DNA from: Guillardia theta CCMP2712
Lineage: Eukaryota > Protista > Cryptophyta
Assembly (NCBI RefSeq): GCF_000315625.1
Contig: NW_005434604.1
Location: 124,001-188,000 of the forward strand
Direction: 5' to 3'
DNA: 64,000 bases
Position numbers and translations under genes: made by a program. The notes under the pieces are model-generated. The model was not told the DNA's origin. It did no database searches and was given only the letters and a program-made list of their open reading frames with translations. The number at the start of each line of letters is the position of its first letter. Positions within the stretch are counted from its first letter, which is position 1. Below, in pieces: positions 9,748 to 21,270 of the stretch.

Positions 9748-10062
9748 CCTCGTATCCTGCCAAGCAAGGTATGTCAATGATAGAATGCCTGCTCCAGCAT
9801 TTTCACTCCGACGTATCAGCAGCTTCGTGTTAAGACTAGCAGCATCATTTGATCTACCATGAAGAGTCTCTCGAACAAAAGGCAGCAAACACAAATCGAA
9901 TCATCTCTGATATCAAAATGTTCTGCCCTGAAAACCTCCTCCTCTGGGGCAGCCTGTTTTGTCATAGGAAAAGGGAGGCAGTCCTCTTGGGGCAGCAAAA
10001 GCAAGCCTAGTTCTTTCCTCGCATTTATTTTGCTGTCTCACAAGAACTTTAATCAAGGCGTG

Positions 10063-11387
10063 ATGGCGGTGGCGAGGGGAGAGCCAACGACCATGGAGGG
10101 AGTTGCGAAGGCGATAAGGAGGGTGTTGATGAGAGCGATAGTGATCATGGCGATCGCGTCAGCGGCATGTTCTTCCTCCTTTGTTCCGAGCAAGGCACCA
10201 GCAGGCGATATGCTGCGAGCAGGGATGGATCGCTACAGGGGGCATACTTGCGATACAAGAGCCCGGTTGCTTCCTTTGAGACAGAGGAGAAGACGTCCGT
10301 CCTCCTCTGGTCCTCACTTGTTCATGAGACTTGGTATTAATCTTCGCACGAGCGAGAAAATCTTGCCGGCCCTCAGATGCTCCGCTGAGGAAACTGAGGG
10401 GTTCGCCGTGCAGCCTGTGGAAGGGGATGCTTCAGCGAGGTCGGAGGGGACGAGCATGTCCTACCGAGAGCGTTTCGATGATGTCCTACCGTCCTGGTTG
10501 ATCGACAGACTGGAGGCCTGCGGCTTTTCCTGCCCCACTCCCGTCCAGTCGGCCGCCATAGAGACGATTGTAAGAGATTCCAAGGACGCTCTTGTTCAAG
10601 CCTACACGGGCTCTGGCAAGACTCTTGCCTTCATGGTCCCACTCTTCGCGGTCTTGGAGCAGGTGAGAGATGGAGGCAGCGATGGCAGCAGTTCTGTGAT
10701 GGCGCATGCCAGGATCGACTGCAGGACAAGAAGGGAAGGAGGCTGGCTGGGGTCCAGGTGCTGTCCTGATAAAATTATCTTGATGTCTATTTGACGGGAC
10801 TCTCAGGCCGTCATCGTTGCGCCGACACGAGAGCTTGCCATGCAGCTGACCAAAGTTGCGCGTCAGGTCAGAGAGCAGCGCAGGCTTAGCCCCCCTGTCA
10901 TGCTGACCCTGTTTGTAAGATCGCCGTTGGATGCCCTGATGCTACCTTGAATGTGATGTCCATCACGAGCGATTCTAAGGTGATGAGGGGAGGAGGAGGA
11001 GGAGGAGGAGGAGGATGCGGGGGAAAAGATTGGGGGAAAGGGGAGCATGACAGGTTTGATTTGCAGGCAAAAAGGCAACGAATCTGGCTCAAGGCCGACC
11101 CCCCCCAAGTAACCCTGCAGCGGGATGTTTGCATTGATTGTCATTTTCTGATTATCAGGTTGTGATCGGCGATGCAGAGTCGCTGCTGAAAGTGTCAGAA
11201 GCAGGTGAACGCTCAGAATGCAAGGTCGCCACCATGTCGTGTTGTGCTTGACTTCTGGTTTCCTGTGCAGGAACGTTGAGAACTGGGTCTCTGCGATTCC
11301 TGGTGGTTGACGAGGTGAAACGATGGAGGATGGGAGGATGAAAGACGGGGGAAAGCGTGTGAGGACGAGAGGAAGAGGAAGAGTTTC

Positions 11388-11418
<31 letters not shown>

Positions 11419-13832
11419 TAGAGATGATGAATGGGGAAAGAGAGGGAGAACACAAGGGTTGTAACGATTCAACAAGATACATTGCCACACTGATGGGGAC
11501 GGGGTCAGAAAATTGGACAGAGACAGAGACAGAGACAGAAGATGACGATGATGTGATGATGAAAAGCTTGCTTATTTTTATTTCGATCTGTGCAGGTGGA
11601 CGCCTGTATCGCCAACCCTTCGAGCAAGCAGGTGAAGCGAAGAGATGAAATCGTGCGTCGAAGAAGACTGATTGGAGCCTTTCAGGCTCTCAACCGCCTC
11701 CTCAGCCGTTTCCTGACGTCAAGGAAAGCTGCGTCGGATGTCGAGCAGGTTGTCTGGTAGTCTGTGGATGCTCCAGCCTAGTGAGCTCTGTTGATAGAGA
11801 CGGACTGTGTTTGCCAGCGCTACTGTCAAGTTCCACCAGCACTTCTTACAGGTCCTGGAGAAGAGGAGGGCAGGAGAGGAGGAGGGGAGGGAAGGGGAGG
11901 GAAGGGACGGGGAGGAGAGAGGAGACCATTTTGAATGCCTCTGACCGCCAGTTTCGACAATCTCATCTGCTATCCTTGACATCCCTCTTTCTCTGTATCC
12001 TCACCCTTCTCCCCGAACTTCCCTGCCATCTTCCTTTCCATCGTCGCTTCCTCCATCGTTGAATCCACATCTCCTCTCTCTCCCTTCATCCTCAACGCAA
12101 CTTACCTTGCTGAACTTTCTCCCTTATCTCTCATTGCCATCGCAGGTCTGCGAAAAGAACAAGTGGCTCCTTGATCCCGTCCACGTTCACGTTGACAAGG
12201 AGATAAAAGTTCCTCCTCAGCTTTCCCATTTCTTCCTGCCCTGTGAGACCCTTGACGACCGTATCCGGGTGAGAGGAGGGAGCGAGCAGGAGAAGTTGCT
12301 GAGAGGTGGAGCAGGAGACTCTCAGGATGTGTGAGGTTGGAATGAAGCGGGCTGCTGCTGGGAAGGATGAGGAGGGAGGGAGGGGCGGGAGGAGGACAGT
12401 GGGGAGGGCGAGAGGATCGTCGTTGTCTTCGCCGATGAGAGTCGAGATAGCTGGGACGACCTGTACCGATCGCTTGCCGGTTTTGCTTCCTCCACATCTA
12501 CCTTCCAATCTCCCACCTCTTGTCCTTGCCACTTCTCTCCTCCCCTATCCGCTCCTCTTCCCCCTCCCCTCCCCTCCCCTCCCCTCCCCTCCCCTCCCTT
12601 CCCCTCCCTTCCCTTCCCTTCCCTGCCCTTCCTTTCTTTCTTCCTTCTCTCATCGCACTCCTCCCTCCTCAATGTCTCTTCCCCTCAACCCTCCACCTCT
12701 CTCCTTCCTCTGACCTCCACACAGGAGTGGTGGACAAGGATCGTCTCCTTGTCCTCGAGGAAGCGATCGGATCGACCGCCAGGACAAGAGTGATGAGCAA
12801 ATTTCGCAGCCTTGTGAGAAAACCTCCTCTTCCTCCTCCCACCATGCCCCTTCCGTCTTTTTGCTAGTCCCTGTACTCCCCCTCGCTGCTCTCTTCCTAA
12901 CTCTGCGGCCTCCCCTCTCAACTCCCCCTTCACTTCCTCCTCATCGTCTCCCAGGGCGGCAACCGCATCCTCTTGGCTTCAGACGTTGCCTCTCGCGGGC
13001 TCGACATCCCAGACATCAACATGGTGGTGAGGACCCAACGAGTCTTCTCCCATCTCTTCCCATCTCCTCCTCCCATCCTCAGCGTTTGCGATTGCCAACG
13101 CTCCTGCCCTCCTTCTCCTTCTCCTCCTCTTTGTTGCTCTCTTTTTCCGGGATGCCTGCTCACCCTTGACCCTCTTCTCCTCCTCTTGTTCCTCCTGCTC
13201 CTCCTCCTCCTCCTGATCCTCCTCCTCCTCTGCTCCTCTTCCTCCCCACTGTCTCCCCTCCTCCTCCCTCTCTCGGCCTCTCGTCCGCCTCAACACCTTG
13301 TCAGATCAACTTCGATCTCCCGCCTGACTGGGAGCTGTACTGCCATCGTGCCGGTCGTGCCGGTCGACTTGGACGAGAGGTGAGGGAGGAGAGGGAAGGA
13401 GAGGAGAGGGAGGGGAAGTGAGGGAGGGGAAGGAGGAGAGAGGGAGGAGGTATCGAAGAAGAGAGGGAGAGAGACGGAGACGGAGAGGGAGGTGAGGGCG
13501 AGGGCTAGGGAGAGGAGGAAGGAGGGAGGAGAAGGGGAGACGGAGAGGGTGGGGATGCTCGTTGTAGTCTGATCGTCTTGCAGGGCTCTGTGATGACGCT
13601 GCTGGCTGAGGATGAACTCTTCGTGCTCCAGCGTTTTGCCAACGCACTGAGTGTGGACATCAGGGAAGCTCCTTCCTCCTCGGGACAGGAGGGGCCGACG
13701 CGAGTCTTGTACGGGTCACAGGAAGAGGATGGAGACGAGGGTCGGGAAGATGGGGAGGAGGAGGAGGAGGAGGAGGAGGAGGAGGAGGAGGAGGAGGAGG
13801 GAAAGACGGAGAAGATGAGGAGGAGGAGGTAG
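10063..13832 (+). CDS. DEAD-box RNA helicase, probably plastid-targeted, multi-exon
   Basis: Q motif GFSCPTPVQ, AYTGSGKTLAF, VAPTRELAMQ, DE/VD split by an intron, SAT, ASDVASRGLDIP, HRAGRAGR. N-terminal signal ends ...ACSSS|FVP. Confidence 0.9.
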
Positions 13833-14001
13833 GGAGGAACGTAACGATCCATACACCTGGATCAAACACATGTAGGAATGGGAGCTGGCATGGCGAGCAG
13901 CAGTGGAGAAGGTCTTGATTTCAAGTAGTAGCGACATAACGAGGAGCAGAGTTGATTTTTTTGGTGTAGTGTACTTCAAATTTTCGCTTGCTCGCTGCCT
14001 T

Positions 14002-15791
14002 CTAGTTTGCCTGCTCCGCGAGCTCCTCCTGCTCCTCCTTCTCAAGGCTTTCTCCTTGCTCCTCCTCCCCCCTCGCTGGTGCCTCCGCTGCTTCATCCTC
14101 CCTTGACTTCTGCTCTGCCACTCCCTCCCCATCCTCCTTCGCATCCTCCTCCCCCTCGTCCACCTGCTTCCCTTCTTGGTCCTGCTTAACCTCCTCCCTC
14201 TGCTCATCTTGCACTCCCATCTCGACTTCGGCAGGAGCTGCTGCTGCTACATCTCCTGCTACTTCTCCTGCTGCTGCTGCTGCTGCTGCTGTTTCTTGCT
14301 CCTGTGACGGCGACTTCTTGGCTCTCGCAGCCTCCAACTCCTTCTGCAGCCTCAGCATCTCCTGCATGATGTCCTCCTCCGTCTTTGCCTTGGGGCTGAG
14401 AAGCTCAGCAATCTCCTGCTCTGCGAGTGAGCAAGAACACCCTCTCTGCCTTGACCTCGCTTGCTTCCTCTCCCTCCTGCTCCTTGCTCCCCTCCCTTCC
14501 TTCTCTCCCCCCCTCAATCACTTCTCCCCTCCGCTCCCCTCCCTTCCTTCTCTCCCCTCCTCAACTCACTTCTCCCCTCCGCTCCCCTACTGTCTTCTTC
14601 CTTCCCTCTCCCTCCGTTGCATCTCGACTTTCTCCTCCTCTCCTCCTCTCCTCACCTCATGCCCAAAGAACTTTGCCCAGTCTCTTGCCACCATCCCGTA
14701 CGCATCCTTCATTTCCAGCTCTCCTCCCGCCTCCACCAGCAGCTCCACCACCCCCCGGTGTCCCTTCCCAGCCGCCCTGTGCATACCCGTCCACCCCTGC
14801 TCGTCCTGCGCGTTCACGTTCGCCCCCATGACCAGGAGCGTCATGACAGCTGGGCAGCTGCCGGAGGTGGCGGCGTTGAGGAGAGGAGTTACCCTCCCCC
14901 AACCCTCCTCCTCGTCCACGAAGTTCACGTCAGCCCCGTAGCCCAGGAGAAGCTTGATGCCCTGCACGTCCCCGATGCTCGCCTTGTCCAGAAGCTCCTC
15001 GCCCAGCTCCTTCCGCTTCCTCTCGCGCGAGCTGGGGACGAGGGTCAGCGAGGAGGGAACGAGAGAGAAGCGACAAATGGGGAGGAGGACGCTGAGGGGA
15101 AGGGTGGGAAGTAAGAATGAAAGAGCGGAAGGAGGAGAGGAGGAGGGGACGAAGGAGAAGAGCAGCAGAGCAGAGGAGGAGATAACTTACGCAATGCATC
15201 CTCTGAGACGAGGAGCCGTCGCCTCGGTGAACTTTGCAAGAGGATGTTTCTTGCTCTCTTTTCTTTCCTCCTCCTGCTCCTCCCCATCATCCGTGCCCGA
15301 GAAGCTAGCGTACCCTAGAGCCTTCAGCCGAGCCTCCAACGGGTTCATGCGTCCTCCTCCTCCTCCCTCTCTTCCCGGCTCCTTCTCGTCGTCGGGTCTT
15401 TCTTTCATCGCTCTTTCCTCCTCCTGCCTTCCTCCTTCCTGCTCCTCCTCGCCCTCCTCTCTCCCCTTCTCACCGTTTGACTCAGGCAACTTTTTCTCCT
15501 GCTTCTTGGGCTCTCGCGAGTAGAGCAAGGGAATTCCTCGCACGATCTTCTTCCTCTCCTCCGACCCGCTTCCCTCCATCGCCTCCTTCCTGGGCTTCTC
15601 CTCCTCCTCCTCCGTCGCCCACGACTCGCCTCCTCGCAGACCTCTACGGATGGAGACCTCGAAGGGATACTGCAAGCACGCGATAAGAAGGAACAGGGAA
15701 GAAGGGACGAGGCAAGTCAGGAGCGGAGATTCAGAAGGGAGAGAGACAGGAGGCACAAAAGTGTTAGGAGGAAGAGGAGGAAGGGAAAAAG

Positions 15792-15847
<56 letters not shown>

Positions 15848-17436
15848 GACCTGGTTCCTGACGAAGGTGAGTGAGACGACGGTGCCTGGCTTGCCAAGGA
15901 TCTGCTGCTTTGCGTGCTCGAGGGAGATCACAGTGACGCCGTCAATCTGCTTGAGGATGTCTCCCTTGTCGATGTGAGGGAGAGCGTGATCTGCTGGGCT
16001 GTCGGGAACCACCTGAGGGAAGGTGAGAAGACGGTGGGGAGGGGAAGGGAGGGGAAGGGAGGAGAGAAGAGAAGAGGGGAGAGGAGGGAAGAGAGCAGGG
16101 GACAAGGCCAGCAGGAGGACTGAAAGCAAGTAGGGAGGAGACGTTGGAAGGGGAGAAGCGTATGGAGCATGTCCATCGGTTCATCTTCATCATCGTCCTC
16201 ACCTGATCAACCCTGACAGCCTCGTACGTCCGCGCTATCATATTGAGCGCCTGCGCGAGGCCCCGAGGCCTCCAAGTCTCCAGCACAAGACCAACTCCAC
16301 ACTTCTGCATCCTCAGCGACTCCGACATCTGCGCCTTTCCTTGCTCCTTCCCCCTCCCCTCCCCTCCTCCCTCCTTCTCCTCCTCCTCCTCCTCCTTCGA
16401 GCCCTCCACCACGATCCCGTGCCCCGCTACTCCGGCACGAATCAGCTCCGAGTCGTCTCCGTCGTTGATCTTCTTCTTCTTCTTGCTCGCCTGCTTCGTC
16501 TTCGTCTCCTCCTGCCCTGCCTTGTTCCCGTACAAGGTCGGCATGCCAAACCCGCAAGAACGCGAGGGCTTCGGCTGCTTGCTGTCGACCTGGGGGACGA
16601 GGCAGGATTCCCTCCAAGACTTCTTGTCCTCCTCTCCCTTTTCCTTGCTGCCGCCGAGCTGCCCGAATCTTTCCGTCCACCCTGACGTGTCCGGGAGTTT
16701 CATCTGAGGAATCGCACTCCTCCAGCTGCTCTTCTGCTCTGTGGAGAAATCAGCTCGGGGAGTTTCGGAACAGAAGGAGAGGAAGGGGGGAGGGAGGGAG
16801 GGAGGGCCTGACCTTGTTGTTTCTTTCGCTTCGTCTTGCCACTTTCCTTCTTGGATGCCTTGGCCTCCTTATCCTGATTTTTTCCCTTCTTTGAGGGCTT
16901 GATATCTTCCCCCTCCCCCTCCTCCTCCTCCACCACNNNNNNNNNNNNNNNNNNNNNNNNNNNNNNNNNNNNNNNNNNNNNNNNNNNNNNNNNNNNNNNN
17001 NNNNNNNNNNNNNNNNNNNNNNNNNNNNNNNNNNNNGATCCTCTTCCTCCTCCTCCTCTTCCTCCTCTTCCTCCTCTTCCTCCTCCTGATCCTTCTCATG
17101 CCCTTCTTCCTCTTCTGTGTCTTCCTCCTCTCCGTTCACCATTCTCTTTTCCCGTCCAGTTTCTTCGTCGTCGTCGTCGTCCTCCTCCTCCTCCTCCTCC
17201 TCCTCCTCTTCCTTCTTTTTGCCTTTCTTTCCTGTCACGCCATTTTCCTTCCGAGAAGCGCTGCAGCCCATCTTCCAACCCGCTTTCTCCTCCTTCTTCT
17301 CCTTCTTCTTTCCCTCTTGCTTTCTGTTCGCCGCACAAACGGCCGCTCCTACTCGCAGCTTCTCGAGTATGCTTGCTTTGCTCTTCTCTGCTTCTGACAT
17401 CTCCTTGGCTTTTGCCTTCACTTTCGCGTCCTGCAT
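14002..17436 (-). CDS. PDZ-domain and ankyrin-repeat protein with a charged low-complexity N-terminus (start uncertain; MGCSAS at 17271 is an alternative start)
   Basis: CGVGLVLE...VVPDSPADHAL...KGDILKQIDG...QILGKPGTVVSLTFVR (PDZ). LLLGYGADVN...TPLLNAA...GANVNAQDEQGWTGMHRAA (ankyrin). The gene spans the N gap. Confidence 0.7.
16937..17036. other. Assembly gap (100 N) within a (CCT)n-rich region
   Basis: Run of N in the sequence. Confidence 1.
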
Positions 17437-17471
17437 CGAGCAAACATGAGGACAAATTTATCCTGTCATCT

Positions 17472-17596
17472 TCATGTACATGTACATCTTCATGTACATC
17501 TACGTCTTCATGTACATGTACATCTACATCTACATCTACAACTACATGTACATGTACATGTACATCTACATGTACATGTACATCTACATCTACATC
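17472..17596. repeat. Hexanucleotide microsatellite (TACATG/TACATC)n
   Basis: Seen directly in the sequence. Confidence 0.95.
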
Positions 17597-17623
17597 TTCA
17601 ACTCTCATCATCTTTGACTTCAT

Positions 17624-19372
17624 TCAGATTCTTGACTCTTCCTATGGCATACCCTCCAGGCTTTCTCATCCCCCTGGTGCCCCTCCCTACCTCCCCCACT
17701 CCTTCTCCCATCGCCCCTGCACCAACGTCCCTCACCTTGGGCGTCAACTTTGACTCCAAACTCTCCAAGATCGAAGACAGTAGAACACCCTTGTTGGTAT
17801 GCTGCTGCTGTTGTCAGGTATCCCCCCTTCACCCTCCCCTCCCTCCTCTCTCCTCTCTCCTCCCTCCTCCTTCCTCCTTCTTCCCTCCTCCCCCTCCCTC
17901 CTCCCTCCTCCCTCTTCCCTCTTCCCTCCTCCCTCACCTTTATCCTCGCAGCGTTGCAAGACATGGACAGGAATAGTCCTTCCTGCTTGTCCGGCCGAGG
18001 AGCTCGATGATGCAGCGCGATAGGCTCGTAGTCCTTGAAGATAGGAGAGCCGGAGGATCCCGAAGCCGTATCCACCTTCATCCACAAGTCAACCCCCCTC
18101 ACCCTTCACCCTTGACTCGCCACACTTGCCCCATACTCCTCCTCCTTATCCTCTTTGTTCTTCCCCTCCTCCTCTCCTTATCTTCCTCCTCAATTCTCTC
18201 ATCACATCTTCGCCCTTACACTCTCTCTGACCTCGTAGGTGAGGTAAGGAGGCTGGAGGGCGCAGATCGGGCCACTCGCCACGGCTTTTTCTCCTCCTTC
18301 CGGATGCTGGACGATCACAATCGTATCTCCCTGCTCGCCCGTCACAAGACAGCAGAGAGCACATGAGGGGATGTTTGAAAACACAGAGGAGGAGGAGACG
18401 AGAGGAGGCGATAGCAGAGGAGGCAGAGGCGGAAGAGGAAGAGGAAGCGCATGGAGGGACCTGGCGGAGAACAAGGAGGAGGAAGGGAGGAGGGAGAGGA
18501 GGTTGAAGGAAGAGGACGAAGAGGAGGTAGATGAGATCTTTCGCACCTTCTGCGCACTGGTCTTGCTCCATGCATCAAGATCGATGGGCTGAAAAGAGGA
18601 ATCGAGCGTTACAACATCATCACAACAAACACAACAGCATGGGAAGAACTCGCTAGAGGCCAAAGAGGAAGCAGCAACAGCAGCAGGACAAGGAATCGTG
18701 CACAGCAAGTCCAACAGACTCAACCTCGACACCCGTCGGCGACTCGCAGGCAACAAAGGTGTAGTCAAGCTCTTCCTTCGGGGATGTGTGCCACAGTCGC
18801 TGGGGGTACAGAGAGATCTCAATGCTCCCTTTGTGCACAGTCTGCACCCCATGTCAGCTCCTCTACCTCAAACCAGCATGCATCCTTGCCTGGAAGATTG
18901 CTACTGCAATGCTGGCTACCTTGCGGGTAGGTAGCACATGGTTGTTCGTAAGAACCGCCAGGTGCCCTTGGTAATGAACGAAGAAACCACTGCCGTTCCT
19001 CCCCTCGCACTCAATCTTGCAGACAGCATCTTCGCGAGCATCTCGGATCGATCGAGGAACAAATTTGTTCCCGCGTCCTGTCTCAAGGCTGCTGTCGTTA
19101 TCGTACTCCTTGCGAGTGAACCTCGACCAGAACGTCGGAGCAGCGTTGGAGTTGCTCTCGCTCCCCTCCTCCTTGCTCGGGGTCTTCGACTTGCCTTTCC
19201 CGTTGACGGCCTTGGACGCCTTCTCGTCTTTCTTCATGACAGGATAGCACATGGGAGCTGCGTTGCATGTGATGTCTTTCTCCAGCACCGAGTTGAACGC
19301 GTCCTGCTCAATCTGCTTCTTGGCCTCGGGTGTGAGGGCAACCTTCTTCCTCTTGGCGTTAATGGCAGGCAT
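17624..19372 (-). CDS. Trypsin-like (Trypsin_2 / FAM111- or V8-like) serine protease, spliced
   Basis: AVCKIE...GSGFF...LTNNHVL (His), ELDYTFVAC (Asp), IVQHPEGGEK, DTASGSSGSP (Ser), HH, NKGVLLSSI. N-terminal AKRKK is NLS-like and there is no signal peptide. The 3' end is approximate. Confidence 0.85.
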
Positions 19373-20089
19373 GCCAGGCTGTTCAGACCTGTTGAAAGAG
19401 CAAAGATCACTTGTCCACATCGTATGTGAGCATGGAGACGTGGCTTATCCGAACCATCGTGGAACCGCGTTAACTTACAACATCACCGCCGCATTAGATC
19501 CTCTCTCCGGTCACGATAGTTCTTTTGAATTCATAATTCCAGCTCGGAGCGTTCCTTATGAATACTCCAAATCTCAAACTTTCTTTCTAATATTTCGAGT
19601 CCCACTGATGCTTCCTTGAACCATCTTTTCTCTCGTCGTTACCATTCCTACACAAATGTTCCTTCCTCTTTATCCTCTCTACGGTCATTACGACCCTCAT
19701 CTCACTAAGATCAGACACGGTTTTACGCTAGCATCCTAGTTCTGCACTTTGCCATGGATCTGCAGTGTCCTCTTGCCCCCTCTATAACATCGTCCTCCCC
19801 TCCTTTTCCCTTCCCCTCCCCTTCTGTTCGTCGGGCATTGCGTCACCAAACTAGCACCACCCCATCTTCTGATCATCATACTACCCTACCCTTGCAGATC
19901 CTAACCCTTCTATTCCTTCGAAGTACCCAGGTATTCTACCGAGGTGTAAAAGGGATATGGTAGGGTACTTGTACACCCCCACCTCCTAGACAAATACCAG
20001 ATGAGCTAGGGGGTCCACATCGAAAAGGCACTAAAATATGAGGGCGATGAATCGAATGGGTGATGAGGGTGATGATCATATAAATCATC

Positions 20090-20740
20090 GGAGCCCGGGC
20101 CCGGGCTATCATCCGAGTCGGCCGGGCCGGGCCTCGTCGCCGACTCACTGACGGTGCTGGCATTGGGTGGCGGCCGCGCCAGTCACAGTGTTGCGGCCGC
20201 AAGTTCCGAAGTTCCGGATCGTCCCTGAGTGGCGACGGAGCCGCAGTTGTCCGGAGTCCCGGCGGGCCGCGGCTGCACTGCACCACTGAGTGTGGCTTGC
20301 CCCGCGGCATCTTCGGCAGGAGTCCGTTAACGGCGTTGCCCGGCCGTTCTCTTTCTTTGTCGGATCCGACAGTGTTAAGGTACTTAGGGGGTCCGACCGT
20401 TCTCAGATCTACTCTTTACTCAAAGTGAAGTTAAAAATCAGTACGAGGACAATCAGGAGCAATGTCATCCGGGCCACGAGTCATTGTGATCAGTCGACGC
20501 ACGGTGCGTGCCGCTGAGTGCCGTCGGTCCGGCGGCCCGGTCACGGTGACCCCCGGCGGCGCCCGGCCGCTGAGTCCGATCCGATGCCCGGGCCGCGCAG
20601 TCCGGCGAAAGCCCCGGCTGCACAGGGTGGGTCATTTAATGAGGGGGTACTTAGATTGGAGAACATGCGAGAAAGGAGGGGTTATAGTTATGCGGAAGGT
20701 GGACAGTAGGGTGATGGTCCATAGGGGTAGGGGTTGGGGC
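20090..20740. promoter_or_regulatory. GC-rich intergenic island between divergent genes, containing the TTTACTCAAAG element (20415-20452) and GGGGTAGGGG (~20724)
   Basis: Dense CCGG, GGGCCC, TGAGT and CAGTG words, plus the element shared with 8159-8198. Confidence 0.5.
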
Positions 20741-21270
20741 GGCCAATCCATCTCGGCCCCCACAAGATGGTAGCGCATGTCCGACTAGGAATGAGTAGGA
20801 GAGGGAGGAGTGGGAGAGAGGAGGAGGAGAAAGAAGAAGAGGAGAAGAGGAGAAGCAAGTATGAGGATAGGAAGCTTGATGACAACACTGAGGGTCAAGT
20901 GCACCAGCTCGACCTCGTGTAAGCAGAACAGCAGCAGGTGCGATTTCGCACGAGCCATGTTTGTGTTGGATGCCATTGAGTTGTTTGATGGAGGAGTTGG
21001 ACAGGCTCTGCAAGTCTTTGGGATGATAGATTTGTTGACTGTCAGAACAACAGAAAGGACTCCATCAGTCATGAGAAGCCAAAAGCTGTTATGAGCAAGA
21101 CCTTAAAATGGAGTCAAGGTCTAGCAGGACACGATATCTAGATATGGGTGTAGAATCAATGGTTCGAGGAATGCTCGAAACTGTTGTTGCCTTACCATAA
21201 CGAACTGGGATACTTCCTGTCTGTGATGTCTTCACCCTGATCGCGAACTTCCAGGTTTCAGGCCCACAAG

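Noticed and set aside
6500-15645. Additional GLRGG strings in the RING protein linker and the PDZ-ankyrin protein
   Set aside because: They are internal, sit in low-complexity context and follow neither a signal peptide nor a ubiquitin fold, so they are likely chance.
17446-17976. His-Val repeat ORF (HVHVHLH) suggesting a metal-binding protein
   Set aside because: It is simply the translation of the hexanucleotide microsatellite.
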